A stretch of 32,140 nt of DNA from Planctomycetota bacterium. GTDB lineage: Bacteria > Planctomycetota > Planctomycetia > Gemmatales > Gemmataceae. Below are positions 30,120-32,140 of the stretch, in pieces. The notes beneath the pieces are model-generated. The model was not told where the DNA came from, did no database searches, and saw only the letters and a program-made list of their open reading frames with translations. The translations under genes were made by a program, and so were the position numbers. Position 1 is the first letter of the stretch; each line of letters starts with the position of its first letter. Location of the stretch: NCBI GenBank assembly GCA_016200155.1, contig JACQFG010000310.1:1-32140 (forward strand). The letters run 5' to 3'.

Positions 30120-31715
30120 ATGCTGACCGCAGCGCTGGAGATCAACCGCCGGCATGCGCGCCTGGCCGTCACCTGGTTCGCCGTCGATCCGGTCCAGGTC
30201 GAGCGTGTGCTGCGCGCGGCCCAGGAACGCGTGGGGCGCGGCGAGGCATCCGATTTTCTGGGTGCCTTGCAGGACGCGCGCGTGCTCACGGGCGAGCAGG
30301 CGCAGCGCTTGCGGACCGCGAACCCGCCGACGGAGGATTTCGTCATCGGCGCGGGGGAGCCGGACACGGACAAGGACCCGGTGACGAAGCTCGATGCTGT
30401 CGATGGCGCCGAGGGCCTGACGCAGATGAGTCATTACCGCATCCTGCGCAAGCTCGGCCAGGGGGGCATGGGGGCGGTCTATCTCGCCTTCGACGCGAAG
30501 GAGAATCGCCAGGTCGCGCTCAAGGTGCTCGCCGCCGACCAGGCGCCCAAGCAGAACGTGCTGCGGCGTTTCCAGCTCGAAGGCCAAAACGGCGCCCTGC
30601 TCGTGCATCCCAATATCATTCGCAGCTATCACCACGGCCAGGATGCGGCGACGAACCTGCATTACATCGTGCTCGAGTACGTCGATGGCCGCACGGCCCA
30701 TGACCTGCTCGAGCGCACGGGCAAGTTGCGCGTCGGCGATGCGGTACACATAATCCTTGACATCGCCCGCGCCCTCGAACATGCGCACAAGAACCAGATC
30801 ATCCATCGCGACATCAAGCCGGCCAATATCCTCGTCACCGCGTCGGGGCTCGCCAAGCTGTCCGACCTCGGCCTGGCCAAACGCCGGGACGACTCCGCCA
30901 ATCTCACCAACGCCAGCCAGGGCATCGGCACCCCTTATTACATGCCCTACGAGCAGGCGATGAACGCCAAGCGCGCCGACGAACGCAGCGACATCTATGC
31001 TCTGGGCGCGACCCTTTATCACCTGCTGACCGGCGAGGTCCCATTTCCCGGCGAATCTGCCGTCGAGATCGTTGAAAAGAAAGGCGTTGGCGTCTATCCG
31101 CCGGCCCACACGCTCAACCCGGACGTTCCCGAAAAGCTCGACGCGATCCTCGCCCACATGATGGCCCGCGATCCGCACGATCGCTATCAGACCGCCAGCG
31201 AGGTGATCGTCGATCTGGATCGCGCACAGCTTGCCGCCGCCATTCCGAGCTTTGTCAATGTCGACACCGCCCTGGAAGATCCCGTCATCATGCAACGGCT
31301 CACGACGCCCGTGCAACCGACGCAGGCCGACATGAACCTGCATCCGCCGGCCGTCAAGGACGCCCCCGATCAGCTCTGGTATCTGAAATATCGCGACCAG
31401 CGCGGCAACCTGTGCAAGGCGAAAGCGACGACCGCGGAGATCCTCGATCGGCTCAAGAAGGGCACGATCCCGCTGCACACCGAGGCCTCCCGTTCGCCGC
31501 AGGGGAAGTTCAAGGCCCTGGAGCGCTATCCCGAGTTCCAGCAAATCACCGCGATCGCCCCGGTGGCGAAGAAGGTCGAACGCCGAGCGGAGCCGAAACC
31601 GACCGTCTCAAACACCGGCTGGCAACCGTGGTTGCTGCTCGCGGCCGCCGCGGCGCTCGGCATCGGCGTCATCGTGATCCTGCTCGTGACGCTCGTCGTT
31701 TACATCAACTCCTGA
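30120..31715 (+). CDS. Hanks-type Ser/Thr protein kinase with C-terminal GYF_2-like segment and TM anchor
   Basis: Motifs seen: GQGGMGAVYLAFD (G-loop), VALKVL, HRDIKPANILV, DLGLA and GTPYYMPYEQ. WYLKYRDQRGNL...TIPLHTEASRSP..FKALERYPEF resembles GYF_2. The C-terminal helix is WLLLAAAAALGIGVIVILLVTLVVYI. I chose the start at 30120, downstream of the repeat. Confidence 0.85.
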   Translation: MLTAALEINRRHARLAVTWFAVDPVQVERVLRAAQERVGRGEASDFLGALQDARVLTGEQAQRLRTANPPTEDFVIGAGEPDTDKDPVTKLDAVDGAEGLTQMSHYRILRKLGQGGMGAVYLAFDAKENRQVALKVLAADQAPKQNVLRRFQLEGQNGALLVHPNIIRSYHHGQDAATNLHYIVLEYVDGRTAHDLLERTGKLRVGDAVHIILDIARALEHAHKNQIIHRDIKPANILVTASGLAKLSDLGLAKRRDDSANLTNASQGIGTPYYMPYEQAMNAKRADERSDIYALGATLYHLLTGEVPFPGESAVEIVEKKGVGVYPPAHTLNPDVPEKLDAILAHMMARDPHDRYQTASEVIVDLDRAQLAAAIPSFVNVDTALEDPVIMQRLTTPVQPTQADMNLHPPAVKDAPDQLWYLKYRDQRGNLCKAKATTAEILDRLKKGTIPLHTEASRSPQGKFKALERYPEFQQITAIAPVAKKVERRAEPKPTVSNTGWQPWLLLAAAAALGIGVIVILLVTLVVYINS

Positions 31716-31761
31716 GCAAAGCGACGTCAGTGATTTTACTTAAACAAAAAAAATAAAACTC

Positions 31762-31790
31762 TTGCATTCGTCAACTTTGCCGCGTACGAT
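31762..31790 (+). promoter_or_regulatory. Promoter candidate TTGCAT-17-TACGAT preceded by an A-rich UP-like tract
   Basis: The hexamers lie at 31762..31767 and 31785..31790. AAACAAAAAAAATAAAA lies just upstream. The element is about 58 nt before the ATG at 31848. Confidence 0.35.
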
Positions 31791-31847
31791 CGTCGTTGTT
31801 TTACGGAGTTTCGTGGTCTCACGTCTTCTGACGCGCTGGAGAGATCG

Positions 31848-32140
31848 ATGAAGTCGTCCTATTTTCGCCTGGCGTTTGCGGTGGCCTGCACGGGAATCCT
31901 CGTCAACGCGGCCGCGGCGCAGACGGTGCAGTTCGAGACGTCGTCGCTGCTGGTCAACGGCACGTCGATGACCGTGAACGTGATTATCACGTCGGCGCCG
32001 AGCACGCCGGTCACGGTCCAGATCGGCACTCTCGACGGCACCGCGTTCTCGCCCGGCGATTATACCGCCGCCTCGGGTACCCTTGTCTTCCCGGCCGGCA
32101 GCATCAGCCCGCAATCCTTCACCGTCGCCGGCATCAACAC
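31848..32140 (+). CDS. Partial CDS: secreted Calx-beta domain protein (N-terminal 97 codons)
   Basis: ATG at 31848 follows GGAGAG and gives the signal peptide MKSSYFRLAFAVACTGILVNAAAA. ...VTVQIGTLDGTAFSPGDYTAASGTLVFPAGSISPQSFTV... is the Calx-beta consensus. The frame is open to the window end, so it is absent from the ORF track. Confidence 0.7.
   Translation, partial: MKSSYFRLAFAVACTGILVNAAAAQTVQFETSSLLVNGTSMTVNVIITSAPSTPVTVQIGTLDGTAFSPGDYTAASGTLVFPAGSISPQSFTVAGIN

Overview
This is a high-GC bacterial chromosomal segment; sampled 60-nt lines are about 65-70% GC. The gene content suggests Planctomycetota, which is an inference from four observations: a Tat-signal DUF1501 protein, a DUF1559-type prepilin leader (MRRPAFSLIELLVV), FGE/SUMF1-domain proteins and many secreted hydrolases. 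I support about 26 protein-coding genes, one tRNA-Gln(CUG), several palindromic or dispersed repeat elements, and a few promoter and terminator candidates. Core-like content: DUF4838 protein, three SGNH/SASA-type esterases, a beta-propeller protein, a class-C-like serine hydrolase, a large beta-propeller protein with two CxxCH haem motifs, an FGE-domain protein, DUF1501, an M48 peptidase, a Ser/Thr kinase and a partial Calx-beta protein. Six items merit a second look. (1) A secreted thioredoxin-like gene (19970..21271, minus strand) has an in-frame UGA directly after a Cys, followed by a SECIS-like stem-loop, so it is a candidate Cys-Sec selenoprotein that the ORF track splits in two. (2) An AT-richer islet (about 17350..19860) carries an HNH-type nuclease, a zinc-ribbon/TPR protein, a 29-codon micro-ORF and a coiled-coil zinc-ribbon protein. 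It lies next to a DUF433/DUF5615 toxin-antitoxin-like pair and may be a defence or mobile module with no named match. (3) A second AT-richer islet beside tRNA-Gln carries the uncharacterised DUF5131 (Gp37/Gp68, three-Cys) plus TcmP pair. A perfect 20-bp GAAC-N4-GTTC palindrome overlaps a TATAAT box upstream of it, and a RepA-like ATPase lacking a Walker A motif lies next to it. (4) A 166-aa protein is a stand-alone paralogue of the N-terminal domain of the neighbouring FGE-domain protein. (5) An octamer-based (GCGCAAAG)n hairpin repeat occurs in two 5' leaders. (6) There is a MITE-like nested hairpin. No CRISPR array, rRNA, transposase or integrase was seen. All family assignments come from motif recognition by eye, not from database searches.
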